Program-made: the position numbers and the translations under genes
Shown here: one piece after another, positions 23,734 to 36,315 of the stretch
Numbering within the stretch: position 1 is the stretch's first letter
How the letters are laid out: the number at the start of each line of letters is the position of its first letter
Assembly (NCBI GenBank): GCA_907165135.1
Contig: OU015568.1
Span: 7,564,001 to 7,628,000, forward strand
DNA from: Oikopleura dioica
Lineage: Eukaryota > Animalia > Chordata
DNA length: 64,000 nucleotides
Direction of reading: 5' to 3'
The notes under the pieces: generated by a model
The model's input: only the letters and a program-made list of their open reading frames with translations
Told to the model about the DNA's origin: nothing
Databases searched by the model: none

Positions 23734-26700
23734 TTACAGTCTGACAGTAGTAATGGCCTCAATCGCGAAAGCTTGTCTTTTCGCTGCCATGAGTCGATTT
23801 TGGGTATTGCTAAATTTCAGCATCGGGCCGATTTCTTCAGGAGAAGAGCTTCCCTTTCTCGACTTCCGGCTGCAGTTGTCGCTCTCTCCAGATCGAAAAA
23901 GGAAGTATAAAAATTTCATTGCTTTCGTAATTGCCGACTGCGACACCCTCTTTCTCGATGTGTTGGTGTTTTTCTTGAGCCAGACGGTCGCTGCTTCTGT
24001 CCCATGATCCGGACATGAGTCTCTAAATACGCAAGGGCTGGCAGGGCGCCAGCGTTGCGCCATCTGTGGATAGGTGGGGATAGCGGGATGCCCGATCCCG
24101 AAATTTTCTGAACCTGAAAGGTCAAGAGGGCTCCCAGCTAATCCCTGGAATTTTCGCCACCTCTTCACGGACATTCTATTTCTAGTGAATTTCGGCTCTT
24201 GGTTGGTTAAGATTGAGTATTGCCAACTTGGAAGTCAACAAAAGTCGAACGTTTTCAAGCCTTTAAATGATGCATTCATGCTACGCTAGCATTTCTCCTT
24301 GGCAAGTTACGTAACTCCCTTGTCCTTAATTTTGTAGACAGTTGTTGGTCATGCAGAAACAACAGCTCAAGTTAGTTATCAGCTTCATAAACTCGATGTT
24401 TTCAACTTTCAAATTTCAAGATAATGAAACCGGTCTATTTCTTTACTTTTCTAAGTTCCTTTTTGACCATCAATACTATCGTAATCGACTGACCCCGCAA
24501 CGTTGTCGTTCGGCTTGAAAACCTGCTGAAAGCTCACCCACGATGAAAGGTAGACTGAGTTCTACAGTGCTTGCTGAATTTTGAAGTTATTCAATAGTCT
24601 TGTCGGCTAGGATCGCCTTTGAAAGGTCCTTGTCACCTCGCCAGATTTTATGATTTCAACTCAGCACGCACTTTCACGCGTTCAATTGTTATTGAACCCC
24701 CTTTATTCTGTACTTGCGGGAAGCCACCGGGGAATATAAACTTGGCAAGAGCTCAGACAGAGACATTCATTATTAATTAGGCAGGATAAAGTAGCGGTAG
24801 AAGAGTTGAAATCCCTCGTCTTCGTATTCTTCGTTCGAGATGAATGAGATGATCACAGCCGTGTCTTATGTAAAAGCTCAAATATAGCAACTTAAAATTA
24901 CGAACGAGCCATGTTGGCGGATTTATCTTGTAAATAAAGAACAATCCGGGTACAAAAGGAGTTAACACGTGCTTGAGAGAGTGGGTTCGAACCTTCGCTC
25001 CTGTGAATTTTCGCGGTGCAAACCAATGTGGCTGGTAGAGGCCGCAAAAACGCTCGCCCAATATTTCTCGATGGTGGTTCGATTTATGGTCTAGTGCTTT
25101 GCACCTCCAGATGCTGCTTTTTTCCTGAATATTTGCAAATTAAAGTAATTTATTTCGAACCAGGGCCTAATCGATCCTCGGTGCAGTTTCTGGTGATGTC
25201 GATATCCATTGATAAATTGAAGAATTGTATTCCCATCCCTTCGGGAATTCCAAATTCCCAGCGACATTTCATGTCCGGCTCGTATTTTTCTGGATATCTA
25301 GGTCTGGGCTCGGCAACCTGTGCGGAAAACCTGAGTCAGGGTCAGAAACAGCTCTGAAGCGGCTTTACCAGAAATTTTCGTGGCTTTTCATTGATGCTGT
25401 TTCTGACCCTGACTCAGGTTTTCTACACAGGTTGCCGAGCCCAAAGCCAGGAGATTGAATCATTCCCTCCTAAAATTGCAAATTATAGAGCTGATGATCA
25501 ATTGATCAATCAAAAATCGTCCTATTTGTGTGAAATTTCTTCCGCCCTTGGGTACCAATTATCTCCCGGAAGGAAGAAACTAGCCCATAAATCCTTTCAA
25601 TTTTCACACATTCACATGGCCTCCTCCCTGAAATGGGCCGTAAACCTGTTCCGTGCTGTTCCTGTCTGTGTCGTGATTGTAATCAATTCGGAAGTCACAA
25701 TTGCGACGGCACGCCGAGCCATAAACCAGCTGGTATCCTTCCAAGCAGCTGCAGATCACACCATTAGTTCCAGAAAAGTGACAGGAATGCTCGCAGCCTC
25801 CGTTGTTTGACGCACATGGCGTCCAGACGGCAGAGAAGCGAACTTCAAAATCGCGGATTCGCGAATTCTTCAAAGGATGATTTCCCCTTTATAATTACGG
25901 GAAGAGTCAGTAGAGTAGAAAATAGTAACTAATTTGACAAGTTTTTGGAACCGATCCCGCCTGGCGAAAAATTTTACTTCCGCCTTGTCGTTCCGGATTC
26001 GATAAACTCGATTATCCAGTGGCCCGTTGCGTAGACCAAGGATCTTGCTTTTTTCAGGGGCGGTACTTCCGATAACAATTGATTTCGGGCATATTTTAAT
26101 GATACGAAGAATCAAAGCGACTTCCTGAATTTCAATGACGCTGCTCCACCCCATCCCTATTGATTTTGATGTTTTGGTAACGCCTTGGAGGCAGATGATC
26201 TATCCTAGCTGTTTCCAGGGTTCACTTTTTTTAATTTCTTGTTTGTGAAAGCAACAATTCATTCATCAATGATGACCCACTTTCCTTCGATATGGTAGCC
26301 CACTGGGCTCGAAATCGTCGTGAGGCAGATAAGGTCGGCTGACAATCGATCATTTGAGGGATAAAATGGGTTGATCAATGAAAACGTCGAAGATGCTGTT
26401 AGATCTGCGCGAGGTTGCCGATCGATTTCGAAAAAATTGCGAAAGTTTGAATTTTACCGCGCAATCTCACACAGAATAAAAATTCATGAGACGGATTTAC
26501 TCCTTGAATTATCATCCTCTTGAACTTTGTGAGAACCAGGAAGACCTCTTGAAAGCCTTCTTGAGGCGCTCTCAACCTTTGTTTGTAAAAAAGTTCATCC
26601 TTGCCGAAACAAAGTTGCCCCAAACGGAGGATTATTGCAGACTGATTTCGATTACTGCTCGTGTTTATCAACAAACCTCAATCCTATTTTCCGATGACAA

Positions 26701-28231
26701 TCCGGTACGAGCTCCACTGAATGAGAGTTTTGTACGGCCAAACTTTTTGGCGCAGTGTTATTTTAGTTCAATTTGGTTCGAACTACTGAGGAGTTTGAGC
26801 GTTCCAAAATACAAAAAAAAAAACTCGTCCCGGAAAAAGTCGCGTTGGCGGAAAACAAGTCGACCAATATCGTCACGTGCTGGGATGAGCTTCGGAAGTC
26901 GCTTTTATCAATCAAGGATGGGAAGAGTAATTTACTGTATTTGGCTCCAGAAGGGCACTTTGATATCACGCTCCGTGTTTTCGGCTTAGCCTGAAATTAC
27001 TCCCTTGGAACCAATCCTTGGCTCAACCCGTGGCCCGTCTTTTATCGTGTTTACAAAATTATTATTGCCTTGCTTTAAAATTTGTGCATTTGTAAACACG
27101 AAGCATAAATTTCGATCCATCCATCTGAAATCTCTTCAAGCAATTTGACCTTGATTTTTAGACCGTCACTGACAATGACTCCGAACTGACAATTTTCTCC
27201 TCCGAAAGCGATATCATCCGCTGACAGAACGAGTCGTTTATTAAGAAAAATGCTTCGTCCACAAGTTCTGCAATTGTACATCGACTTGATTCTCCATTCA
27301 TCAATGAAACTGAGCGATTTTCTATGACCGACATCTTCTTTTATAGAGTTTTTGATGTGTATAGACCTGAGTCAGGTGTTGAAGAGCTAAAATGAAAAGC
27401 CGCGTAGCGGCTTTTAAGAACGATGCCGCGAAGCGGCTTCACAAAATGACTATCTCGATGCTTTCAAAATAATTGCAAATCCGCTTTGCGGCTTCTTTTC
27501 TAAATTTAATCCTTCTTTCATTTTAATCCTTGAGAACCTGACTCAGGTTTTATACACAGCTTGCCGAGCTAAGGCATTGATATTCTATTTTGTCTTTCAA
27601 AAACTCATCTTTGTCAATCATCAACTCGGGCAGAAATTCCATCACGGGCAAGCTATTCCATGTAAAATCGTAGACACCGTAGTGCATGATACTGTAAGGG
27701 TCGTAAGGTAAACCAAACGATTCAATTTCCTCCTCGATTTTGAAGTTCTTCCTATTATCTGGGTGAATGTTTTCCCATAGGATTCTGACGGCTGTGTCTC
27801 TATCAGGTCTAGACATTTCGTGGTAAAAGCCGAGCGCGTGGCCAATTTCATGGGCAATCGTGCCGACTTCATCGCATCCTGGTCCCACAGATATTGCTTG
27901 AATATCGGAGTCGGTTTTGTGACCCACTTCTGAGCAGCATCCGCAGTATCGAGTTGTAAAAATGACTCCATCGCCGTCGACTCCGCTCATGGGAAGAAAC
28001 CTGACGCAACTGGCCTTTTCCCAAATCTATTCTGGAATAATCAAAGTCAGATTACTCGATGTACATTAATTTTATCCCTGACAGAATCGCCCGCTTGATT
28101 TTCTTGACCATCAGTTGATCAAACTGCCCATCAATAAGATATGGAACAATGCCATCTTTCCAGTAGATCGTAGCTCTAGCAGTGCCAAGATGAAAGTTGA
28201 AAAAAGTTAGAAAAAGCTGCTGAAACAACAT
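23734..28231 (-). CDS. Astacin-family zinc metalloprotease with CUB-like and EGF modules, multi-exon
   Basis: YWKDGIVPY, HEIGHALGFYHEMSRPDRD, Met-turn SIMHY, VGHRKSLSFIDEWRIKSMYNC, EGF CASNNGGCEHSC...CSCLEGYQL and CUB IQSPGYPEKYEPDMKCRW. The 3' end is uncertain. Confidence 0.82.
25299..25449. mobile_element. About 150-bp MITE occupying an intron position within a CUB exon
   Basis: About 50-bp inverted repeats GGGCTCGGCAACCTGTG..GAAAACCTGAGTCAGGGTCAGAAACAGC at both ends. Confidence 0.8.
27345..27562. mobile_element. Degenerate copy of the same MITE family in an astacin intron
   Basis: TGTGTATAGACCTGAGTCAGG at the left end and CCTGACTCAGGTTTTATACACAGCTTGCCGAGC at the right. Internal AAGCCGC/GCGGCTT hairpins. 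Confidence 0.65.
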
Positions 28232-28333
28232 TGTGGTACTCTTCTCTACTCAATTTACTCTAAGTAAACCTCTTCAAAATTTTCAACGAATACTCTTTTG
28301 AACAAAGAGGCTTTGTTGTCGCAGTGAAATTTA

Positions 28334-31027
28334 ATGTCAAGGAAGGAAGAGAGTCAAGGTCCAATCGACGAGCGATTTCGCAAGGGTTTGCAATTTTCGA
28401 AAATAAATTTCTGTTGAAAGTTCGAAGCGTTATTTTGAAAGTTTATATTCAATTAAATGAGCGCACTATATTTGCGGTCAAATAAGAAACTCTTTTATAC
28501 GTTTCTGTCGTCCCACTTTCCTCGCAGAGTAGTCCTTCCGTCAAATGCTTTCGGGACTTGTCGGAAAATTCGTAGAAAAGGGCACCTTTCCAAAATGGAA
28601 GGGTGCTTCTTGGCTTTTTGCGGAGAATACTGCAGAGAGATTTGCTTATTATGGAATGCGCGCGGTGTTGATTCTTTTTATGAAGGATGTTCTCGACTAC
28701 GATGACGATACTGCGACTATCTGGTGAGTGAGTGTTGCAGATTTAGTGCAAGATCTTCTAGGTACCACGCTTTCGTTACTCTAACCTACATTTGGCCACT
28801 TGTGCTTGCTATTCTTGCAGACAGCTTTCTTGGAAAGTACAGGACAATTTTCATCGCGATTTGTGTCTATGTAACTGGTGCAATTCTTGCCTCCATTGGG
28901 ACTATGCCCAGCGTTTTTGGGGATGGATATGTAGACAACGAAGAAGGAGAGAACTGGTGGAGACTCAGTCAACCAGCTGTTCGGGGAGTTGCGTTATCAG
29001 GTCTTATGCTCGTCGCCTTCGGAAATGGTATGAAATCATGCGTCGCTCCAATGGGTGGGGACCAGTTCGAGCCAGAAGACGCGACGAATATTTCCAGATT
29101 CTTTGCTGCCTTCTATTTTTCGACAAACGTTGGCGCTTTCGTCACCCAGTTTATAACCCCGCTATTGCGCGATGTTCAATGCGGAATGGACGAATATGGC
29201 GTCGAGTCTTGCTACTTGTTGAGCTTTTGGACCTCGACTGGAATCATTTTCGCCGCGCTGCTACTTTTCCTTGGCGGGACGCCTTGGTATTATGAAAAGC
29301 CTTCTGAGGGCTCTCCACTTTTGAAGCACGGATGTGGCGCGATCAAAGTCATTGGGAGCATTTTGATCATGTACATACCGGTTCCATTCTTCTGGGCTCT
29401 CTTTGATCTCCAAGGAAGTCGCTGGACACTTTCAGCATTGCAGCTCAATGGAAAGCTTTCTGATACGTTCTACATTCTTCCAGACCAAATTCAATCCTTG
29501 AACCCACTTTTTGTCCTCATCCTCATTCCCCTCTGTAATTCAGTTGTATTTCCTCTTCTCGCTCGTTGTAACATTTTGACAACACCACTGCAGAAGATGT
29601 CAACTGGCATGTTCCTTGCCGTCGGCGCTTTTATCATTTCTGGGTTCTTGCAGATTGGAATCGAAGATGGCCTCACCCCTGTTCCTGATTATTATGGCCA
29701 AACAGTAGTTGTCGTAGCAAATGGTGATAGCAGTTGCTCTCAGCTAACTGTATCTTCTGAAATTTGGGATGATGATATGGTTCTTCGGAATGGCGAAAGA
29801 ACTGATACCTACGGAACTGTTCTTGACCTTAGCGATGTTAGAGGGAAAGACATCAAACTCAGTTGCAATGGAAACCAACTTGAAGTTATCTCCCTCGATG
29901 AAGATAACGTCAAGGAAAATTCAGTCAATACCTTTTTCTGGCAAGAAAATGGGTACGATGTCTTCGAAGCCCGCTACGCAAAATCCTCAAATAATTATGT
30001 CATCTTCCAAATGCTCAACCCAACAAGTCTCTACGCGAGTCTTAGCCAGCCAAATAACGAAAACTCTTTCCCATCTAACTTCAGGAATATCGAGCGACTC
30101 GAACCCGGTGGAATCAACAACGCCAACGTCAGCACAACTACTTATGATTCGAAGAGTACTGGCTTCGATTTGAAAGTGGATCTTTTTGAATCAAGGTAAG
30201 TTTATCTTCAGTAATAAACGGAGTCAGATAAAACTAAAATAGCTCGTCGACTAATATCAGAAAGACATGCACGCTGAAATTTGTAGATGCCGTGAAAGAT
30301 GGCCTCCTTGTTGATGGTCTTACGGAAGAATGGGTAGTTCCATCGTCAGTTTTAACAGTATTATGAAATTTTTAAGGGCGTCTCTGCTATTTACACGCTC
30401 ATCATTACCGAAACATCTTCCGGTTGCAAGATCAATGTGCACAAGGACTCCAACTCCGCGCAACTTTCCATCATGTGGTTCATCCCGCAATATTTCGTCA
30501 TGACACTTGCAGAAGTGTTAATCAACGTCACAGGTTAATTGACATCCTAATCTCGTCCCTACAAACTCTTTAGGTGTCGAGTGGGCATATACTGAGGCTC
30601 CTCCGAGCATGAAATCTGTCGTCAATGCCTTCTGGGTGCTTACTGTTTGTGTTGGTAATTTGATTGACTTGATCATTGTTTCCATCAAATTCACGGAGAA
30701 GCAGAGCTCGGAATACTTCCTTTTCGGAATGAGTTTGACATTCAGTTCAAATCAATAAGAAACTACAGATCGAAAACTCAATAAAAAGCCGGTCTAATGG
30801 CTGTGGCCGCTCTAGCGTTCGCCCTGCTGGCGTATTTCTACTACGAATATGTTGAAGAAGGAGCATATGATGAGTTTGAGGCAAATGTGTCAAGTGGCAA
30901 AAATAATCAAGTTGCGAATTTCGAAGATCCAGAAGAAAAGCAAGAAGAAGACAATCAAGAAGCAGAGAGCAAAGAAGAAGAAGACTGTGAAACTGAATCT
31001 AAAAAAGACGATGCCACTGATTTCTGA
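28334..31027 (+). CDS. SLC15A1/2: Proton-coupled oligopeptide transporter (SLC15/PEPT), spliced; start uncertain
   Basis: ERFAYYGMR, LADSFLGKYRTI, GNGMKSCVAPMGGDQF, FYFSTNVGA, FWALFDLQGSRW, PQYFVMT...EAPPSMKSV. Confidence 0.9.
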
Positions 31028-31296
31028 ATTTTGTTTGTAATCTTAGATGAAATATATTTTAATAAAATTATTTTCACAAGGAATAATATGGGTTTATCAG
31101 AAAAAAAGAAGGAGAATGATAAGAGAATACCGATGGCTTTCGCTCTAATATCCAACAGCGCCACCACTTCGTGTCTCGACAAATTTGATTGGCTTACCCG
31201 AATCCATATGTGGATACATGGGCGATTTTTCGGGCGAACGCCAGAAACCATCGAAGCTTTATAATTTATAATGTTCAAGAGTCTGTGCGTCCTCAA

Positions 31297-31369
31297 GCCT
31301 CCTTAGCTCAGTGGTTAGAGCACTGGTCTTGTAAACAAGGGGTCGGTGGTTCGATTCCGCTAGGAGGCA
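31297..31369 (+). tRNA. tRNA-Thr (UGU)
   Basis: GCCTCCT/AGGAGGC acceptor stem, D arm, CTTGTAA anticodon loop, GTTCGATTC T loop, downstream T run. One mismatch in the anticodon stem. Confidence 0.9.
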
Positions 31370-31693
31370 TTCTTTTGACAATTCTAGCGCTAGAAATTCA
31401 ATATTTTTTAATCCAAAATAAATAGTAACTCGATAATAGTGTAATATACTTTATATAATATACACTAATTCTTATGGGTACTTCAATCATTTAAAATTAC
31501 TAAGAAATTAGTCTAAAAGATTGCGTCGTCAGCGTTTTATGTTGCTAAAGTTACGATGTTGTTCATAAAAGCAGGGATGATTGTCTTTCTTCGTGACTAA
31601 GAGCCTCTTTTATTACCCCCATCGATAGAGAAAGCGTTTCCTCTTCACTATCGCAATCAGCATCGCAAAAAGGGACCCTCGAAAAACTCAAAA

Positions 31694-32118
31694 ATGCGTT
31701 TATTTTTGCTTCTTTTCGCACTTTTCAGAGATTCCTCTGCAGAAGAAAATCCACTGATCGAAAAGGGAATATGCTTCGAAATGCCAGACAGTCATTTTCA
31801 AGTGCTAAAGGCACTGTCTGACAACTGGAAATGCACGGTGCCCAAGTGTTGCTTCGGCGACTATACAATTTGGGATGGAAGAGTCGAATGCGAAGTTGAA
31901 GATGATGCCGAGGTACTAATTTCAAGCTTTCCAGGAAAAACGAGATTGATTTGTAATTTTAGAAAACTGAAGACGGGATCGAAATCGGGCACTGCAAAAT
32001 TTCATCGACCGGTTGGGCAATTATTGGGGCCACAATTGCTGCTGTCGTTGTTGGGATTCTGATAATCTCCTGCGTTATTAATTGCTTCTGTAAATGTTGC
32101 TGCTGCTTTAAAAATTGA
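31694..32118 (+). CDS. Small type I membrane protein with Cys-rich ectodomain and Cys-rich tail
   Basis: Signal peptide MRLFLLLFALF. One GT-AG intron gives ...GWAIIGATIAAVVVGILIISCVINCFCKCCCCFKN*. Confidence 0.7.
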
Positions 32119-32615
32119 ATTGATAGAAACATTCTCGTTCCGGGAAATTAATAAAAAGATCAATTATTTTACTTCATTTTGAGTTTATTTTTAGTCGAAC
32201 AACAGTTTTGGTTAACAAAAATATGGTTAATATAGATGGTTAATAATCTCGTTATTATACCTTGACCAGGACTTAAATTGCGTGAATTTCTTAACTGCAT
32301 AAAGAAACTTCTTCTTTTCGATTATATTAGCGTTTTCATTTCAAAAGAGGATAAGGAGGCACTCAAGGCATTTTTATTCACAGAGATTTTTGTTTAAAAA
32401 GGTCTAAATTTGGCGGAGCTAAATAGAATGCCAGGCTAATTTCGCCCCACGGGCAGTCTGATTTCTAACGCTGTGAAAAAAAGACAAGAAATAATTTCAA
32501 TAGATTCTTGAATAAGCATTTATACAGACAACTACAGGCAAAACTTCAGAAGAAAACGTTGCTTATGAAGCTGCAGAGAAAGCTATTTTGATAGGATTTG
32601 TAGGACTTTTTGAGT

Positions 32616-35600
32616 ATGGAGAATTCTGAGGAGTCACCTCAGAAGTCAGAGAAAATTAACGTAAGAGAAGATCATAAAAAAGAAGAAGAGACAATCGATC
32701 AAGACGAAGATGGATCAGGGAGGGTCATAAACTAGATTCAGAAAGATTTCACGCATTTCAGGCCACGTCTTGACCTTTGAAAAAGTACTTTCCGATGCGT
32801 CCCAAAGTGATAGTTCGGAGAATAAAACGAGCTCTCGCAATTCTTCGCCTGTAAATAATGAGGTTGATTTGGAGGAATTGGGAATAATAGACGATGAGCC
32901 AGAAATAGAAGAGAAGCAAGAAACAGCTCAAGAAGAACAAGGTGAATCGAATGAGTCAGCAAATTCTCAAGCAGATGCCGAGGTCACACAGGAAACAAAC
33001 AACGTCTCTAGCGAAGAAATTTCAAATGCGATTCAATCAGAGAAACAAGTGTCTGCAGAAAACAACTTGAAAGAGAACCAAGATGGATCTGACGGACCCG
33101 AGGCTGATCATCAAGGTGCGGAAAACAACACCGAAAAAGAAGCTTCATCATCAGAAATTAATGTCGAGGAAACGACCGAAATCTCTGACGGAGAAGACGA
33201 TTCCAAAGAAATCCAATTAGAACAATCCGAATCGCCAGAAAATAACGAAAGAGAAGAGAAAGATGGATCTGTTGATCATGATCGAGCTCCATCTCCAACT
33301 CAAGCTGCTCAAAACAATGATGCAATGTCAAAGAAAATCGATGAAACCGATCGAGTTGATCAAGTTGAGGAAAACTTCTCTGACTATGATGTTGTCGAGG
33401 AAAATGAAGAAAAATCGAAATCTGTTGATGATAAAGAAGAAGCTCTAGAACAGAATGATGAAACCAACGAAAATGAAAAAGAAGAGCTAGTTGAAAAGAA
33501 AGATGAAGAGGCTCAAAAAGATCATAAGGAAGCAAGTGACGAAGAAACGGCTGAAACTCAAGGTGTGCAACAAGATCGTAAAAATGATGTGACTAACAAC
33601 AACCAGGAATCATCAAGCCCGACCGCAGATTCCGAGGAATCAACAAAGCTTTCTGAGAGCGATATTCAGTCAAGCACACCTGAAGAGGGCCTCGTTAATG
33701 CACAGAGTATACAACCGAGCACCAATGAGATAATACGAGACGAAGACAAAAAAGATACTTCCTATAGCGATACTAAAACTGCAGAAGAACCAGCAATAGA
33801 GAGCTCAAGCGCGATGGATGTCAGTGGCTTTGATGACAACTTTGACCCTTCAATTCACAAGGAAAATCATAAGAAAATCGATGATTCTGAAGTCCGCGAG
33901 TTGAAATTTCAACTAGAACGTGCAGAAAGACGATGTTCTCTCACAGAACAGGTGTTTTCAAAATATTAAATTTAAGGATATAAGCTATGAATTTGAACTT
34001 TCGTAGCGCCTAAATGCGCAGTAGGATCATTTTTATTTCAATAGTAATCCTACCTGAAAATGCTCGTAAAACTCAAATCTGGTATTTTTAAAAAAATTTT
34101 TATAGAAAATTTTCCTTTTAGAGCGTTTTTAAATCTTACGATCGCGATTCCTCGAAATTTTTCCACTAAATTGGTCGAGTTTTTTCGATAAATAGCTTCT
34201 CTTAACCCTTATCTACAATATTGACGGTTAAGTTTTCCGTAATTCCGACCAAAACCGATTTTAGAGCCATTTCCATGAAGCTTACTCAGCGCGTAAAAGC
34301 TCTACAAAGCGGCGCGCTGGGCGCTCGCTCTCTCGACTCCTCTTTTCCGTGAGAGTAGCGCGGTTGAGCGGAGCGCTGTGATTGGTTGCACGCGAAAAAG
34401 CACAAGAAGAAGAAAAACACGAGCAAGAAAGAGGAAAACGCTAGAATGAAAATTCGAGCGAGTTTTGGAACAAAAGCCCGTCAATTTTCTAGCTTAGCAT
34501 CATTTTAATACAATACACGGTTCAGTTTTAGCGATTTAATGGATAAATTTCGATAAATCGAGATCGTAAGATTTGAAATCGCTCTAGAGAGCAAATTTTC
34601 TACAAAAAAAGTTTTAAAAATTCAAGATTTGAGTTTTGCGTGCATTTTCAGGTAGGATTACTATTGAAATAAAAATGATCCTACTGCGCATTTAGGCGCT
34701 ACGAAAGTTCAAATTCATAGCTTATATCCTTAAATTGTTCAACAAATCTTTAGAGACTTGTCGAGTCACAGGAAAAATTCCAGGCGCTGGAAGAAAAATT
34801 CGAAACCTCAAAAGCTTCCTATATTGGGCTGAGCACACAAATGATCGAACTCAAAAATGAAAACATCGAAATGGACTCGATCATGGAAGAACTAAAGGAC
34901 GAGAAAACTGAGCTTACGATAGCCCTAGAGGTCGCTAAAAAGGCAGCAGAAGAATTGAAACAGCTCAAAGTAAGGTAAAACCATCTTTCTTCTTTCTAAC
35001 CGAAATTTAGGCGGACAAAGAAAGCGGAGAAGAACAACTGGCATCGGACAAAATGCGGTTGGAAAAGGAGCTGATGAACGGGCAAGCCGAAATCTCAAGG
35101 CTAAACATTGAGCTGGAGAATTTTCAAGCAGAGCTTCAGGAACTTGACGGCAGGTGGAAAGCAGAAGTGGAGAACTTGAACGAAGAAAATGCTCAGCTAA
35201 GGAAGAGCTTGGAGCAATCTTCTCAGGTCTTTTTCATCCTCTTTTCGAGACGAATAATAACTTTTCTTTAGGCTATCGTGGAGTTAGAACGCGCTGCCGG
35301 CGAGACTTCTTCATCTGCTGACGAAATCGCTGCGCTCAACTCAGAACTAGCCTCGCTGCAGGAACAACTGTCAAGTTCGGAGAATCAGCTCAATTCATTG
35401 CAGGAAGAGAATGCGAAACTCTCCACAGAAGCTGCGGAATGTCGCGAAGCTGCTTCGACGGCCGCTGCGGCGACTTCTGCCGCCAAATCAGCCGAGGAAC
35501 AGATTCGTCTCAAGTTCGAGAATCTTGAAATTCAACTTGAAGAGGCCCAAGAAAAAGTAACGAGCAAAGATGAAGAGAAAAAAGCTTACGTGAGTACTGA

Positions 35601-36315
35601 TAGTTTTTCCGGCTTTTTCACCGATTATTTTTCTGAATATGCATGGATTATTATATTCATTTGAAGGGACGTCTCCAGTCCCACATGGTCTAGGGGTTAG
35701 GATTTCGGATTTTCACTCCGACGGCCCGGGTTCGATTCCCGGTGTGGGAGGACTTTTTGATTTTTAACACAATGAAGTCGTGCTTTTACAGTAACTCTCT
35801 GGCGTAATCTTTTAACAAATGAAAGCTTTATCTGTAGAAATACAGGGATATATCGACATAAAGCTATTTTGTAAGGTAATTGACACTAAAAATCGCCTTA
35901 ATACTTGCCTATTCCTCCATGATTTCAGCTCACCCTTCCCTAGGTCGTCTTGAGATCAAAGTACGACGAGTTAGAAGCAGACCACGATGCACTCATTGAC
36001 GAACTCGAAAAGCTGGAAGCAGAAAACGAGGCACTCAAAAAACTGATGCCAGCTTCGAACTCCATTAGTGGCACTAATGAGCAACCTGCTGGAGATGTGG
36101 CGCAAGAAAACGAACGCCTCATCAAAAACAATCTTCATTTAGGTAAGAACAGACGATAATTTATTTGTTCTTTCAACGATTTTCTAGCATCCGAAGTTCA
36201 AAAAGTAACCGCCGAGAATGATGAGCTCCTGTCGGAGAATCAGCTCTTGAAAAAGTATCTCGACGACATCAACCTTCTTTCCAGCCAAATGAGTCTCTAC
36301 ACAAGTCTCAAGTAA
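32616..36315 (+). CDS. Large acidic/disordered plus coiled-coil protein with a SCOC-like C-terminus, multi-exon
   Basis: E/D/S-rich ORF 32770-33969, then coiled-coil exons joining in frame and ending AENDELLSENQLLKKYLDDI. Confidence 0.75.
33976..34729. mobile_element. Non-autonomous TTAA-target element (Kolobok-like) in an intron
   Basis: TTAA|GGATATAAGCTATG...CATAGCTTATATCC|TTAA. Inverted homology extends about 200 bp inward. Removing it leaves a 44-nt intron. Confidence 0.85.
35679..35750 (+). tRNA. tRNA-Glu (UUC), intronic
   Basis: TCCCACATGGTCTAGGGGTTAGGATTTCGGATTTTCACTCCGACGGCCCGGGTTCGATTCCCGGTGTGGGAG cloverleaf, followed by TTTTT. Confidence 0.92.
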
